The notes beneath the pieces were generated by a model. The model did no database searches. It was not told the DNA's origin and worked only from the letters and a program-made list of their open reading frames with translations. This document shows positions 1 through 9,028 of a stretch of 51,297 nucleotides of DNA, piece by piece. The first letter of the stretch is position 1; each line of letters opens with the position of its first letter. The DNA lies in NCBI GenBank assembly GCA_964408535.1, contig CAYOZZ010000381.1, forward strand, positions 1 to 51,297, in the 5' to 3' direction. Origin of the DNA: an uncultured Bacteroidales bacterium (GTDB lineage Bacteria; Bacteroidota; Bacteroidia; Bacteroidales; JAADJA01). The translations under genes and the position numbers were made by a program.

Positions 1-108
1 TCTCCCCTGCTGGGGAGACTATTGAAAGGATAATCAGTTTTAGGATACTTTCTCGTTATTTCTATCAACCTGATTAAGGATAAGACTGTCGTCCCTGCGG
101 CACTTCTT

Positions 109-313
109 CCGGGCTGTATCTCCTGATGACTCCTGTGCAATCAACCGGATACCAATTCGATTTTCCATTTTGTCAGCTTAAAGCAGTCATCCGGAGATTT
201 GCGGGCGGGTTGCTTTACCGGATTGCAAATCCGGTTTATATTTGGTTCCGGATTAGGCTTACCCACGTGCCGGCGCTTAAATCCGGAACAGCCCGGTATT
301 GTGCGCCGGCCAC
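109..313. ncRNA. Unclassified structured RNA-like element: three-helix junction closed by a 9-bp helix, plus an H-type pseudoknot
   Basis: Non-coding island, visibly more GC-rich than its flanks. Perfect Watson-Crick helices: 109-117/288-296 (CCGGGCTGT/ACAGCCCGG) closes a junction. Inside it are 119-131/185-197 (13 bp, one mismatch), hairpin 217-224/228-235 (ACCGGATT-GCA-AATCCGGT) and 245-254/280-289 (GTTCCGGATT/AATCCGGAAC). The loop segment 269-276 (GCCGGCGC) pairs with 303-310 (GCGCCGGC) outside that helix. The only ORF here (126..377) is not protein-like. No G-U pairs, so the strand cannot be decided. Confidence 0.3.
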
Positions 314-501
314 CTTAACCCTTACCATATTCCCATACCGACTTCCTTGCCATAGCCCCCCACCTTTATTAGTGTAAATTCGTGAAATTCGTGGGCACAA
401 GCTATTTCAGGTTAAGACCTTTGAAATGGATAAAAAAATAATAATAAAATAGTATTTTTCAACCAAGACAATGGTCTGATTTCTTTGAGGTATTATAAAA
501 A

Positions 502-1737
502 TCACACCTGAAGCCCTTCAATAATCATCAAAGTGGCTCCGGTCTTATCCTCAACATAATTCCGGCAAACTTCACTTGTTACATCATAATATTGGTTATC
601 CGACAATAACTTTTCGGTTATTTCGTGTAGTTTAATTGCATTGGAAACGGTAAAAGCTCCTTTAAGTTTAACCAAATCCCTTGCTTCACGGAATTTTTCA
701 TATCTTGGGCCGAATATAACAGGTTTTCCGTATGTAGCTGCCTCAAGAATATTATGGATTCCTTTTCCGAAACCTCCGCCGATATATGCAATATGGCAAT
801 ATTGATAAAGTCCTGACAGAAAGCCCATTCCGTCAACTATCAAAACTTTTGCTTCTGTAACATTCCTGTCTGTTGCCTCTGAATATTTTACGGTTTTAAA
901 ACCTGTAAAAAGTTCTTCAATTGATTTTATCCTCTCCTTGTGAATTTCGTGCGGAGCTATTATGAATTTAACATTATCGTCCGATTCGACTGCCAGCTTA
1001 TGAATAAGCTCCTCATCCTGCGGCCAGGTGCTTCCACCGAGAAAGACCTTTTTATTTGCGGTAAAATTTTCAACCGCAGGAAATGATTTTGTACTTTCCG
1101 CTATTGCCATTACCCTGTCGAACCTTGTGTCGCCGCTTACGGTAACATTATCAATATCAATTGAATTCAGCAGCATTTTCGATTCCTCGTTTTGTACATA
1201 AAACCTTGAAATATTTTTAAGCATTTTCCTGAACCATCCCCCATACCATTTAAAAAAATGCTGCTCTTTTCTGAATATGGCGGAAATGACAATTGTCGGA
1301 ATATTTTTTTTGTGAAGGACTTTCAGGTAGTTGAACCAGAATTCATATTTGATAAAAACCGCTATTTCGGGGTTTACCGTTTCAATAAACCGTACTGCAT
1401 TCCGTTTTGTATCCGGAGGCAGGTAGAAAACGTAGTCGGCACCGTCATAATTCTTTCTTATTTCGTAGCCCGAAGGAGAAAAAAAAGTCAGAATGATTTT
1501 ATGTCCCGGGAATTTTTTGCGGAAAGCTTCTATTACAGGTCTTCCCTGTTCAAACTCGCCAAGTGAAGCAGCGTGGAACCAGGCAATTTTCGAGTCGGAG
1601 TCAATGGCATTTTTGATATTGTTAAAAATATTTTTCCTTCCTTTGATCCAGAGTTTTGCTTTGTTGTTGAAAAGCGAGGCTATCCTGATAATTAATAAAT
1701 ACCCGTAAATTGTTATTTGATAAAGAAGGGACATCAT
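502..1737 (-). CDS. waaA: 3-deoxy-D-manno-octulosonic acid (Kdo) transferase WaaA/KdtA
   Basis: ORF 502..1755. It has an N-terminal membrane anchor followed by AWFHAASLGEFEQGRPVIEAF and a GT30-like C-terminal half. The start is most likely MMSLLYQ at 1737/1734, which abuts the stop of the upstream gene (1739) instead of overlapping it. Confidence 0.9.
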   Translation of the reverse strand: MMSLLYQITIYGYLLIIRIASLFNNKAKLWIKGRKNIFNNIKNAIDSDSKIAWFHAASLGEFEQGRPVIEAFRKKFPGHKIILTFFSPSGYEIRKNYDGADYVFYLPPDTKRNAVRFIETVNPEIAVFIKYEFWFNYLKVLHKKNIPTIVISAIFRKEQHFFKWYGGWFRKMLKNISRFYVQNEESKMLLNSIDIDNVTVSGDTRFDRVMAIAESTKSFPAVENFTANKKVFLGGSTWPQDEELIHKLAVESDDNVKFIIAPHEIHKERIKSIEELFTGFKTVKYSEATDRNVTEAKVLIVDGMGFLSGLYQYCHIAYIGGGFGKGIHNILEAATYGKPVIFGPRYEKFREARDLVKLKGAFTVSNAIKLHEITEKLLSDNQYYDVTSEVCRNYVEDKTGATLMIIEGLQV

Positions 1738-1738
1738 T

Positions 1739-2500
1739 TTAATAATAATACTCATCGTTTACAGTGCCGCGCTTTCCTATCGGGATAACCCATCCAAGTT
1801 TAATACCGCTTAGCATATCCATCCGGTTTTGTATCGGATCGGGCTGCCGGGTATCAAAATTGACTTTTCTTTTAGGGCTTGTGAACCCTTGAATAAACTC
1901 AAATCCGGCAAAGAAATTAAGTAACCGCGTGTCTCCGATGTAGCTGTATCCTATAAATTCACTTATTGAAAATCCGCCTGTCAGCCTGTCGTAACCGTAT
2001 TCATAATCTCCTTCTATTTGCGGAGCTATATTATCAATGTTTTCTATTCTGATTCTGTGCTGCAAATATCCGATACTTCCCATTATCACAATTCCCGAGT
2101 TCCTGTTTTTCCCGGATACCGGAATAAGTTTTCCGAATTTAAAAGATGTATAAAATCCTCTCTCGCTTGTCGTATAGTTTGCAAAAGTTCCCCCGTTATC
2201 AATTATTTGTCCGTTGTGAGTCTTGATATTTGCCATCAGCCGGTCTTCATTCTTAATATCTCCCCCGAAAATGTAGTTATATTCATAACCGAAAATCCAG
2301 TTTTTATGAGTTTTCCACTGAAATCCACCACCGACACCCGAACTGATGCCAAACCTGTCAACCATATCTCCTCCGGGAAATTGCAGAGTATAATTAAAGT
2401 AGAACATAGGGATGCTATATACAGTATCGGTTCCGGTTGTTTGTCCGAAACCGGCAAACGAAAAACCGATAAATGCAAAAAGCGCAATAATCTTTTTCAT
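1739..2500 (-). CDS. Hypothetical outer-membrane beta-barrel protein with signal peptide
   Basis: 253 aa. Signal peptide MKKIIALFAFIGFSFAGFGQ, an alternating aromatic/Gly-rich strand pattern, and an aromatic C-terminus (...DEYYY). Co-directional with and immediately upstream of waaA. Confidence 0.7.
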   Translation of the reverse strand: MKKIIALFAFIGFSFAGFGQTTGTDTVYSIPMFYFNYTLQFPGGDMVDRFGISSGVGGGFQWKTHKNWIFGYEYNYIFGGDIKNEDRLMANIKTHNGQIIDNGGTFANYTTSERGFYTSFKFGKLIPVSGKNRNSGIVIMGSIGYLQHRIRIENIDNIAPQIEGDYEYGYDRLTGGFSISEFIGYSYIGDTRLLNFFAGFEFIQGFTSPKRKVNFDTRQPDPIQNRMDMLSGIKLGWVIPIGKRGTVNDEYYY

Positions 2501-2606
2501 GCGTCTGTTTTTAAATGCAATTGCAAATGTACATCATTTTTAATTTAAAGCCATTGTTAATAAAATAACAAAAAAACGAAATATTTTTGTTATTACAATA
2601 TTTAAC

Positions 2607-2614
2607 TATATTTG
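2607..2614 (+). promoter_or_regulatory. Bacteroidota-type -7 promoter box TATATTTG upstream of the sugar-nucleotide block
   Basis: Matches the TAnnTTTG consensus. A TTTG lies at 2586-2589, about 17 nt upstream. The first gene starts at 2722. Confidence 0.45.
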
Positions 2615-2721
2615 CAACCTGTTATATGCAAGTTCATTGTTAGTTATTTTATTGAGTTATAGTTTATTATGAGTCGTTTAAAGTTGCGGGTAAATAAACA
2701 AAACCAAAACGAAAAGATATT

Positions 2722-3690
2722 ATGAGTAAAAATATGAAAAACATAGCATTAATCGGAGCAGGATATTGGGGTAAAAATCATTTAAGAAATCTGGAAAACA
2801 TAGGAGTTCTTAATTGTGTTTTGGAAACTTCGGATAAAATTGCTCAACAGAGAAAAAATGATTTTCCGGATGTGAAATTCATAACAAGCGATAAAGATAT
2901 CATTGATAATCCGGAAATAGAAGGTGTAGTGATTGCGGCTCCTGCCGAACTGCATTATAAACTCACTAAGAAATACCTGCTTGCCGGCAAAGATGTTTTG
3001 GTTGAAAAGCCTCTTGCATTACACGTTGAAGAAGGGGAGGAGCTTGTTAAAATTGCAAAAGAGAACAACCGGATACTGATGGTAGGTCATATTCTGCAGT
3101 TCCACTCTGCCGTTATCAAGCTTAAAGAAATGATTGACAGCGGTGAACTCGGGCAAATCAGATATATCTATTCAAACAGGTTGAATATCGGGAAACTCAG
3201 GACGGAGGAGAATGTTCTATGGAGCTTTGCACCCCACGATATTTCGCTGATACTTATGCTTATGGACGGCGAAGAACCCGTACGCGTTCAGGCTCACGGC
3301 GGTTCATATATCAATAAAAATATTTTTGATACGACCCTGACTACTCTTGCTTTTAAAAGCGGTGTTATGAGCCATGTTTTTGTTAGCTGGCTACATCCGT
3401 TTAAAGAACAAAAGCTGGTAGTGGTCGGTTCTGAAAAGATGGTTGTCTTTGACGATACAAGCAAGGAGAAACTATTTATATATCCACATAAAATCAAATG
3501 GGAAAAAGGGAAAATTCCCGTTGCCGAGAAAATGGATTTCATCACACTTGACCTGGAACTTAAACAACCTCTCGAAGAAGAATTGTTACACTTTGTTGAC
3601 TGTGTCAAGACAAGAAAAACTCCGAAAACAGACGGGAAAGAGGGTCTTATGGTACTTAAGGTTTTAGAGGAAGCACAAAGTAAATTATAA
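2722..3690 (+). CDS. Gfo/Idh/MocA-family NAD-dependent oxidoreductase (WbpB-like UDP-GlcNAcA 3-dehydrogenase)
   Basis: 322 aa. N-terminal Rossmann motif IALIGAGYWGKNH, EKPLA motif, and context with an LbH acetyltransferase and a DegT aminotransferase. Confidence 0.85.
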   Translation: MSKNMKNIALIGAGYWGKNHLRNLENIGVLNCVLETSDKIAQQRKNDFPDVKFITSDKDIIDNPEIEGVVIAAPAELHYKLTKKYLLAGKDVLVEKPLALHVEEGEELVKIAKENNRILMVGHILQFHSAVIKLKEMIDSGELGQIRYIYSNRLNIGKLRTEENVLWSFAPHDISLILMLMDGEEPVRVQAHGGSYINKNIFDTTLTTLAFKSGVMSHVFVSWLHPFKEQKLVVVGSEKMVVFDDTSKEKLFIYPHKIKWEKGKIPVAEKMDFITLDLELKQPLEEELLHFVDCVKTRKTPKTDGKEGLMVLKVLEEAQSKL

Positions 3691-3709
3691 CTGTTTAAAT
3701 TAATACGGA

Positions 3710-4303
3710 ATGGAAAAGAAATATTTTGTCCACGAAAGTTCTTATGTTGATGATAACGTGGAACTCGGTGAAGGGACTAAAGTCTGGCATTTTTCTCACG
3801 TACAAAGCGGTACTAAAATAGGGAAAAACTGCTCGCTGGGTCAAAGTGTAAATGTTGGAAACAATGTTACTATTGGCGATGGTGTTAAAATTCAGAATAA
3901 TGTTTCGGTTTACGAAGGCGTCGAGCTGGAAGATTATGTTTTTTGCGGCCCATCAATGGTTTTTACCAATGTGATGAATCCGCGCAGCGAATTTCCTCAA
4001 AGAGGAAGTGAGTTCTATCTGAAAACATTAATAAAGAAAAGCGCCTCGCTTGGTGCTAATTCAACAATCGTCTGCGGAAATACAGTCGGGAAATATGCTT
4101 TTGTAGGTGCCGGAACAGTCGTTATTAAGGATGTGCCCGATTATGCTCTTGTTGTTGGAAATCCTGCACGTCAAATCGGATGGGTATGTGCCTGCGGAAC
4201 CAAATTGTCATTAACTACGGACCCCGATTCCAAAGAGACGGCAAAATGTCCTAAATGTGGCAGAGAATATAAAAAAGAAGGTAACAAAGTAGAACAAATT
4301 TAA
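3710..4303 (+). CDS. Left-handed beta-helix (hexapeptide) N-acetyltransferase, WbpD-like, with a C-terminal 4-Cys extension
   Basis: 197 aa. Hexapeptide repeats ([29 protein letters not shown]...). C-terminal CAC-x19-CPKC. Confidence 0.85.
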   Translation: MEKKYFVHESSYVDDNVELGEGTKVWHFSHVQSGTKIGKNCSLGQSVNVGNNVTIGDGVKIQNNVSVYEGVELEDYVFCGPSMVFTNVMNPRSEFPQRGSEFYLKTLIKKSASLGANSTIVCGNTVGKYAFVGAGTVVIKDVPDYALVVGNPARQIGWVCACGTKLSLTTDPDSKETAKCPKCGREYKKEGNKVEQI

Positions 4304-4313
4304 TATAAAAGAT

Positions 4314-5426
4314 ATGCAATTTATTGATTTAATGGCTCAACAAGCCAGGATTAAAGATAAAATTGATGCCAGAATTCAGGATGTTTTGGCACATGGCAAA
4401 TATATTCTCGGCCCTGAGGTAAAAGAGCTGGAACAGAAGCTTGCCGAATTTACAGGTGTGGAATATGCCGTTGGAGTTGCCAGTGGAACGGATGCACTTT
4501 TAATGCCTCTTATGGCTTACGAAATTGGCCCGGGTGATGCGGTTTTTTGTCCGCCTTTCACTTTTATCGCAACTGCCGAGGTAGTGAAACTTCTCGGTGC
4601 AACTCCTGTTTTTGTTGACATTGACGCAAAGACATATAACCTGGATGCAACAAAACTCGAAGAGGCAATTGTAAAAACAAAAGAGGAAGGAAAACTGAAT
4701 CTTAAAGGAATTATTCCGGTTGACCTTTTCGGACAGCCTGCCGATTATGACGAAATAAATGCCGTTGCCGAAAAATACGGGATGTTTGTACTGGAAGATG
4801 CAGCACAGGGTTTCGGCGGAACATACAAAGGCAAAAAAGCCTGTTCTCTGTCGCACAGCGCCGGTACAAGTTTTTTCCCCGCAAAACCTCTCGGCACCTA
4901 CGGTGACGGAGGAATGTGTTTCACCAATGATAAAGATATGTATGAGAAACTTCTGTCAATCAGGGTGCACGGAAAGGGAACCAATAAATATGATAACGTC
5001 AGGGTTGGACTGAACGGAAGACTTGATACGCTGATGGCTGCAATTTTGCTTCCTAAGGTTGAAATCTTTGCCGAAGAGATAGATTTAAGGCAGCAAGTCG
5101 CAAAAAGATATAATGAGAAACTTGCAGATTACGTCACTGTTCCTTATGTGAAAGATGAAAACATCTCAGCCTGGGCACAGTATTCAATACTTCATAACGA
5201 CAGGGAGAAAATACAGGCAGGGCTTAAAGAGGAAGGAATCCCGACGGCAGTTTATTATCCGAAGCCGTTGCATTTACAGGATGCTTTTGCCGATCTCGGT
5301 TACAAATACGGTGATTTCCCCGTAAGTGAAGAGATTGCGGGAAAGATTTTCAGCCTGCCGATGTATCCGTATCTCGGTAAGGAAGATCAGGATAAAGTTA
5401 TTGAAGCAGTAAAAAAATATGCTTAA
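4314..5426 (+). CDS. DegT/DnrJ/EryC1/StrS-family PLP-dependent sugar aminotransferase (WbpE-like)
   Basis: 370 aa. Motifs GPEVKELEQKLAEF, SGTDAL and SFFPAKPLG (PLP lysine region). Confidence 0.9.
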   Translation: MQFIDLMAQQARIKDKIDARIQDVLAHGKYILGPEVKELEQKLAEFTGVEYAVGVASGTDALLMPLMAYEIGPGDAVFCPPFTFIATAEVVKLLGATPVFVDIDAKTYNLDATKLEEAIVKTKEEGKLNLKGIIPVDLFGQPADYDEINAVAEKYGMFVLEDAAQGFGGTYKGKKACSLSHSAGTSFFPAKPLGTYGDGGMCFTNDKDMYEKLLSIRVHGKGTNKYDNVRVGLNGRLDTLMAAILLPKVEIFAEEIDLRQQVAKRYNEKLADYVTVPYVKDENISAWAQYSILHNDREKIQAGLKEEGIPTAVYYPKPLHLQDAFADLGYKYGDFPVSEEIAGKIFSLPMYPYLGKEDQDKVIEAVKKYA

Positions 5427-5457
5427 TATTTTATGAATTTTAAACATTGGTTAACAG

Positions 5458-6753
5458 ATGGGAATTTATCAAAAATTAGTAAATAAAGAGGCAAAGTTGT
5501 CGCTCGTAGGATTAGGCTATGTAGGGCTTCCGATAGCTCTTGAATTTGCAAAACAAATATCCGTTGTGGGTTTCGACATAAGTCCGGAACGTGTTGAAAT
5601 GATGAAAAACAGACAAGATCCGAGTGACGAACTCTCTCCCGAGGCTTTCGATAATTGTGATATCACTTTCACTTCCGACCCTCAGGTGCTTAAAGAGGCT
5701 TCGTTTCATATTATTGCCGTCCCCACACCGATTGACGACCATAATATGCCCGACCTTTCACCTCTTATCTCGGCTTCGAAAACCGTAGGCAAAATTCTGA
5801 AAAAGGGCGACTACGTCGTTTACGAATCAACTGTATATCCAGGTGCTACCGAAGAGGACTGTATCCCTGTTCTTGAGGAGTATTCGGGACTGAAATTTCC
5901 CGTAGATTTTAAAGTCGGTTATTCTCCCGAAAGAATTAATCCGGGTGACAAGGTTCATACCCTTCAGACGGTTACAAAAATAGTCTCGGGATGTGATGAA
6001 GAGTCCCTTGATAATGTGGCTAAAACCTATGAACTCGTTGTTAAGGCGGGTGTCCATCGTGCTCCGACAATGAAAGTTGCCGAAGCTGCAAAGGTTATTG
6101 AGAATACTCAGCGTGATGTTAATATTGCACTGATGAATGAGCTTTCGATTATCTTCAGCAGGATGGGAATTAATACTTTCGACGTTCTCGAAGCTGCCGG
6201 AACAAAATGGAACTTCCTTAAATTTTATCCCGGCCTTGTCGGTGGTCACTGCATTGGTGTTGACCCTTACTATCTGGCATACAAAGCCAAAGAATACAGA
6301 TACCACCCGCAAATTATAAATTCGGGAAGATTTGTTAACGACTCCATGGGTTTTTACATTGCCAAGCAGTTGGTTAAAAAAATGATTGACAAGGGTAAAA
6401 AAATCCTCAACTCCAAAGTTCTCGTTATGGGTGTCACTTTTAAGGAAAATGTGAGCGACTTGCGTAATTCAAAAGTTGTTGATTTGATAAATGAGCTGAA
6501 GTCATACGGCGTTTTGGTTGATGTTACCGATCCGTTTGCGTCGTCGAAAGAGGTGAAAAAGGAGTACGGTTTCGAGCTGGTTGATGATATTTCGGATGAT
6601 TATAATGCCGTTGTTGTCGCAGTTTCGCACGATAATTATCTCGACCTTAATGAGGATTATTTTAAATCCATAACAACAAAGAATGCAGTACTTGTTGACG
6701 TAAAAGGCTTGTACAGAAATAAAATTAAAGATTTGACATACTGGAGTCTATAA
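5458..6753 (+). CDS. Nucleotide-sugar 6-dehydrogenase (TviB/WbpA/WbpO-like UDP-GlcNAc dehydrogenase)
   Basis: 431 aa. Motifs GLGYVGLPIALEFA, ESTVYPGATEE and GGHCIGVDPYYL (catalytic Cys). Confidence 0.9.
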   Translation: MGIYQKLVNKEAKLSLVGLGYVGLPIALEFAKQISVVGFDISPERVEMMKNRQDPSDELSPEAFDNCDITFTSDPQVLKEASFHIIAVPTPIDDHNMPDLSPLISASKTVGKILKKGDYVVYESTVYPGATEEDCIPVLEEYSGLKFPVDFKVGYSPERINPGDKVHTLQTVTKIVSGCDEESLDNVAKTYELVVKAGVHRAPTMKVAEAAKVIENTQRDVNIALMNELSIIFSRMGINTFDVLEAAGTKWNFLKFYPGLVGGHCIGVDPYYLAYKAKEYRYHPQIINSGRFVNDSMGFYIAKQLVKKMIDKGKKILNSKVLVMGVTFKENVSDLRNSKVVDLINELKSYGVLVDVTDPFASSKEVKKEYGFELVDDISDDYNAVVVAVSHDNYLDLNEDYFKSITTKNAVLVDVKGLYRNKIKDLTYWSL

Positions 6754-6754
6754 T

Positions 6755-7780
6755 ATGAAAATTCTTGTTACCGGCGGAACGGGTTATATAGGTTCTCACA
6801 CTGTTGTTGAGTTACAGCAAAGCGGATACGAGGTTGTTATCATTGACAATCTGTCGAATTCTTATGCAAGTGTGGTTGATAATATTGAAAAAATCACCGG
6901 TGTTAGACCCGGATTTGAAGAGTTTGACCTTACTGATTCAGGCAAAACGGCAGATTTTTTTAAAAAACATGATGATATTGCCGGAGTTATTCATTTTGCA
7001 GCTTTGAAGGCGGTCGGCGAATCGGTTGAAAAACCGCTTCTATATTACAGAAATAATCTTAATTCATTGATAAACATACTGGATGGAATGGCTTCTGCCG
7101 GAGTTGAAAATATTGTTTTTTCATCATCCTGTACGGTTTACGGCCAGCCCGACGAACTTCCGGTTACAGAAAAAGCTCCTATTAAAAAAGCCTGGTCGCC
7201 CTACGCAAATACTAAACAAATAGCCGAAGAAATTATTGAGTTTACATCGAAAGTTAAAAACATTAAAGGTATTCTCCTGAGGTATTTTAATCCTATCGGT
7301 GCACATAATTCCGCATTAATAGGAGAGTTGCCCATTGGGGTTCCGAATAATCTTGTGCCGTTCATAACTCAGACGGCAATTGGGAAAAGAGAAATGTTGC
7401 GTGTTTTCGGTGATGATTACGATACTCCTGACGGAACGGCTATACGTGATTATATTCACGTTGTTGACCTTGCAAAAGCGCACGTAATCGCTATTAACAG
7501 GATGCTCGAAGGTAAAAGCAAATCCATGGTCGAGATGTTTAACCTCGGAACGGGAAACGGTTTTTCGGTTCTTGAAGTGATAAATTCCTTTGAAAAAGTA
7601 ACCGGTGTTAAACTGAATTATAAAATTGTTGAAAGAAGACCGGGTGATATTGAAAAGGTATGGGCGGATACTACTTTTGCAAATGAGGAACTTGGCTGGA
7701 AAGCCGAAAAAGGTATTGACGAGATGATGCTTTCGGCCTGGAATTGGGAGAAAGCACTGAATGAGCGGGCAAAAGATTAA
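6755..7780 (+). CDS. galE: UDP-glucose (or UDP-GlcNAc) 4-epimerase
   Basis: 341 aa. Motifs MKILVTGGTGYIGSH, YANTK (YxxxK) and a C-terminal GalE-like region. It starts 2 nt after the preceding stop. Confidence 0.9.
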   Translation: MKILVTGGTGYIGSHTVVELQQSGYEVVIIDNLSNSYASVVDNIEKITGVRPGFEEFDLTDSGKTADFFKKHDDIAGVIHFAALKAVGESVEKPLLYYRNNLNSLINILDGMASAGVENIVFSSSCTVYGQPDELPVTEKAPIKKAWSPYANTKQIAEEIIEFTSKVKNIKGILLRYFNPIGAHNSALIGELPIGVPNNLVPFITQTAIGKREMLRVFGDDYDTPDGTAIRDYIHVVDLAKAHVIAINRMLEGKSKSMVEMFNLGTGNGFSVLEVINSFEKVTGVKLNYKIVERRPGDIEKVWADTTFANEELGWKAEKGIDEMMLSAWNWEKALNERAKD

Positions 7781-7864
7781 TATTCGGATACCGACAGGAT
7801 TTATATAAATAGTGAATTATAACTTTACTGTTGTTTTAACGTTGGCTGAATAAATAATTTACAA

Positions 7865-8932
7865 TTGAAAAGTATTTTAATCACCGGAGGTGCCGGATTT
7901 ATCGGCTCACATGTTGTCAGGTTATTTGTTAATAAATATCCCGATTATCAAATTGTTAATCTTGATAAACTTACTTATGCCGGAAATCTTGAGAACCTTA
8001 AAGATGTTGAAGACAAACCAAACTACGAATTTGTAAGAGGTGATATTGTTGACGGTGATTTCATCGGGGAGCTTTTTGGTAAATACAATTTTGACGGTGT
8101 AATTCATCTTGCTGCCGAATCGCATGTTGACAGGTCAATCTCCAATCCTATGGAGTTTATCTATACTAATATTGTCGGAACCGTCAATCTGCTGAATGCG
8201 GCAAAGTCAATCTGGAAAGATAATTTCGAAGGGAAAAAGTTCTACCATATTTCGACCGATGAGGTTTACGGCTCTCTCGGCGAAACGGGTATGTTTACCG
8301 AGGCTACTCCGTACGACCCCCACAGTCCGTATTCGGCTTCAAAGGCAAGCTCAGACCATTTGGTAAGGGCATACCACGATACTTATGGATTACCGGTTGT
8401 AATTTCCAACTGCTCAAATAATTACGGGTCATTTCAATTCCCTGAAAAGCTGATACCGCTTTTCATCAATAACATTAGAAATAATAAACCGCTACCTGTG
8501 TACGGCAAAGGAATTAATGTCAGAGACTGGCTCTTTGTCGAAGATCATGCTGCTGCCATTGATATCATTTTCCATAAAGGCAAAACAGGTGAAACCTATA
8601 ACATTGGCGGTAACAACGAATGGAAAAATATTGATCTCATTAAAAAGATGTGCGAGATTATGGACAGAAAGCTAAACCGTAAACCCGGAACATCTGAAAA
8701 ACTGATTACCTATGTTAAAGACAGGGCAGGTCATGATTTGAGATACGCAATTGATTCGTCAAAACTGCAAAAAGAGTTGGGCTGGAAGCCGTCTCTGAAA
8801 TTCGAAGAAGGTCTTGAAAAGACTATTGACTGGTACCTTGAGAATGAGGAATGGATGAAAAACGTAACCGGCGGCGGTTATCTGAAGTACTACGAAGAGC
8901 AGTATGAAAAAAGGGGAAAGCAGCAACAATAA
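7865..8932 (+). CDS. rfbB: dTDP-glucose 4,6-dehydratase
   Basis: 355 aa. Motifs ILITGGAGFIGSH, HISTDEVYG and YSASKASSDH. TTG start; there is no in-frame ATG upstream of the Rossmann motif. Confidence 0.9.
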   Translation: MKSILITGGAGFIGSHVVRLFVNKYPDYQIVNLDKLTYAGNLENLKDVEDKPNYEFVRGDIVDGDFIGELFGKYNFDGVIHLAAESHVDRSISNPMEFIYTNIVGTVNLLNAAKSIWKDNFEGKKFYHISTDEVYGSLGETGMFTEATPYDPHSPYSASKASSDHLVRAYHDTYGLPVVISNCSNNYGSFQFPEKLIPLFINNIRNNKPLPVYGKGINVRDWLFVEDHAAAIDIIFHKGKTGETYNIGGNNEWKNIDLIKKMCEIMDRKLNRKPGTSEKLITYVKDRAGHDLRYAIDSSKLQKELGWKPSLKFEEGLEKTIDWYLENEEWMKNVTGGGYLKYYEEQYEKRGKQQQ

Positions 8933-9028
8933 CAGAAAATTTGAATCCGGCAATTTAACCTTTTCTTTATTAATTCTATTTTTTTAAATACCTTTGTGCT
9001 TTCATTCTTCCTGCGGAGAGAAATCATT

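Noticed and set aside
1-75. Possible 3' end of a plus-strand gene entering from the left (frame 3, stop at 73-75), or a minus-strand TTG start at 68
   Set aside because: Too short to evaluate (about 24 codons either way) and without recognisable motifs. Resolving it needs sequence outside the window.
126-377. 83-aa ORF on the plus strand in the left-edge intergenic region
   Set aside because: The composition is not protein-like (Pro/Arg/Leu/Thr-rich with no recognisable motif). It coincides exactly with a set of long perfect helices and has no promoter box or start context. I treated it as a by-product of a GC-rich structured element.
60-377. Assignment of the structured island to RNase P RNA, tmRNA, SRP RNA or a cobalamin riboswitch
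   Set aside because: Only partial motif resemblance on either strand. There is no GGAAAGTCCGG/ACAGAA-CCGGCTTA P4 pair in the right order, no tRNA-like GGTTCGA...CCA end, no GGAA-tetraloop SRP domain IV helix, and no B12 box or AGGGAA junction. A plus-strand riboswitch would also have no downstream gene, because waaA is on the other strand. Left unassigned rather than forced.
2564-2594. 11-bp perfect inverted repeat AATAACAAAAA / TTTTTGTTATT in the divergent promoter region
   Set aside because: It is purely A/T, so it has low information content in an AT-rich intergenic region. It also overlaps the putative -33 TTTG. There is not enough evidence for an operator or terminator.
8996-9028. Upstream alternative starts offered by the ORF track (8996 GTG, 12844 TTG, 29917 TTG, 14633 for the K+ channel, 1755 for waaA)
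   Set aside because: Each extension adds hydrophobic or odd residues with no homology. Each also either overlaps a neighbouring gene or promoter box (14633, 29917, 1755) or precedes a well-placed ATG that matches the expected family N-terminus.
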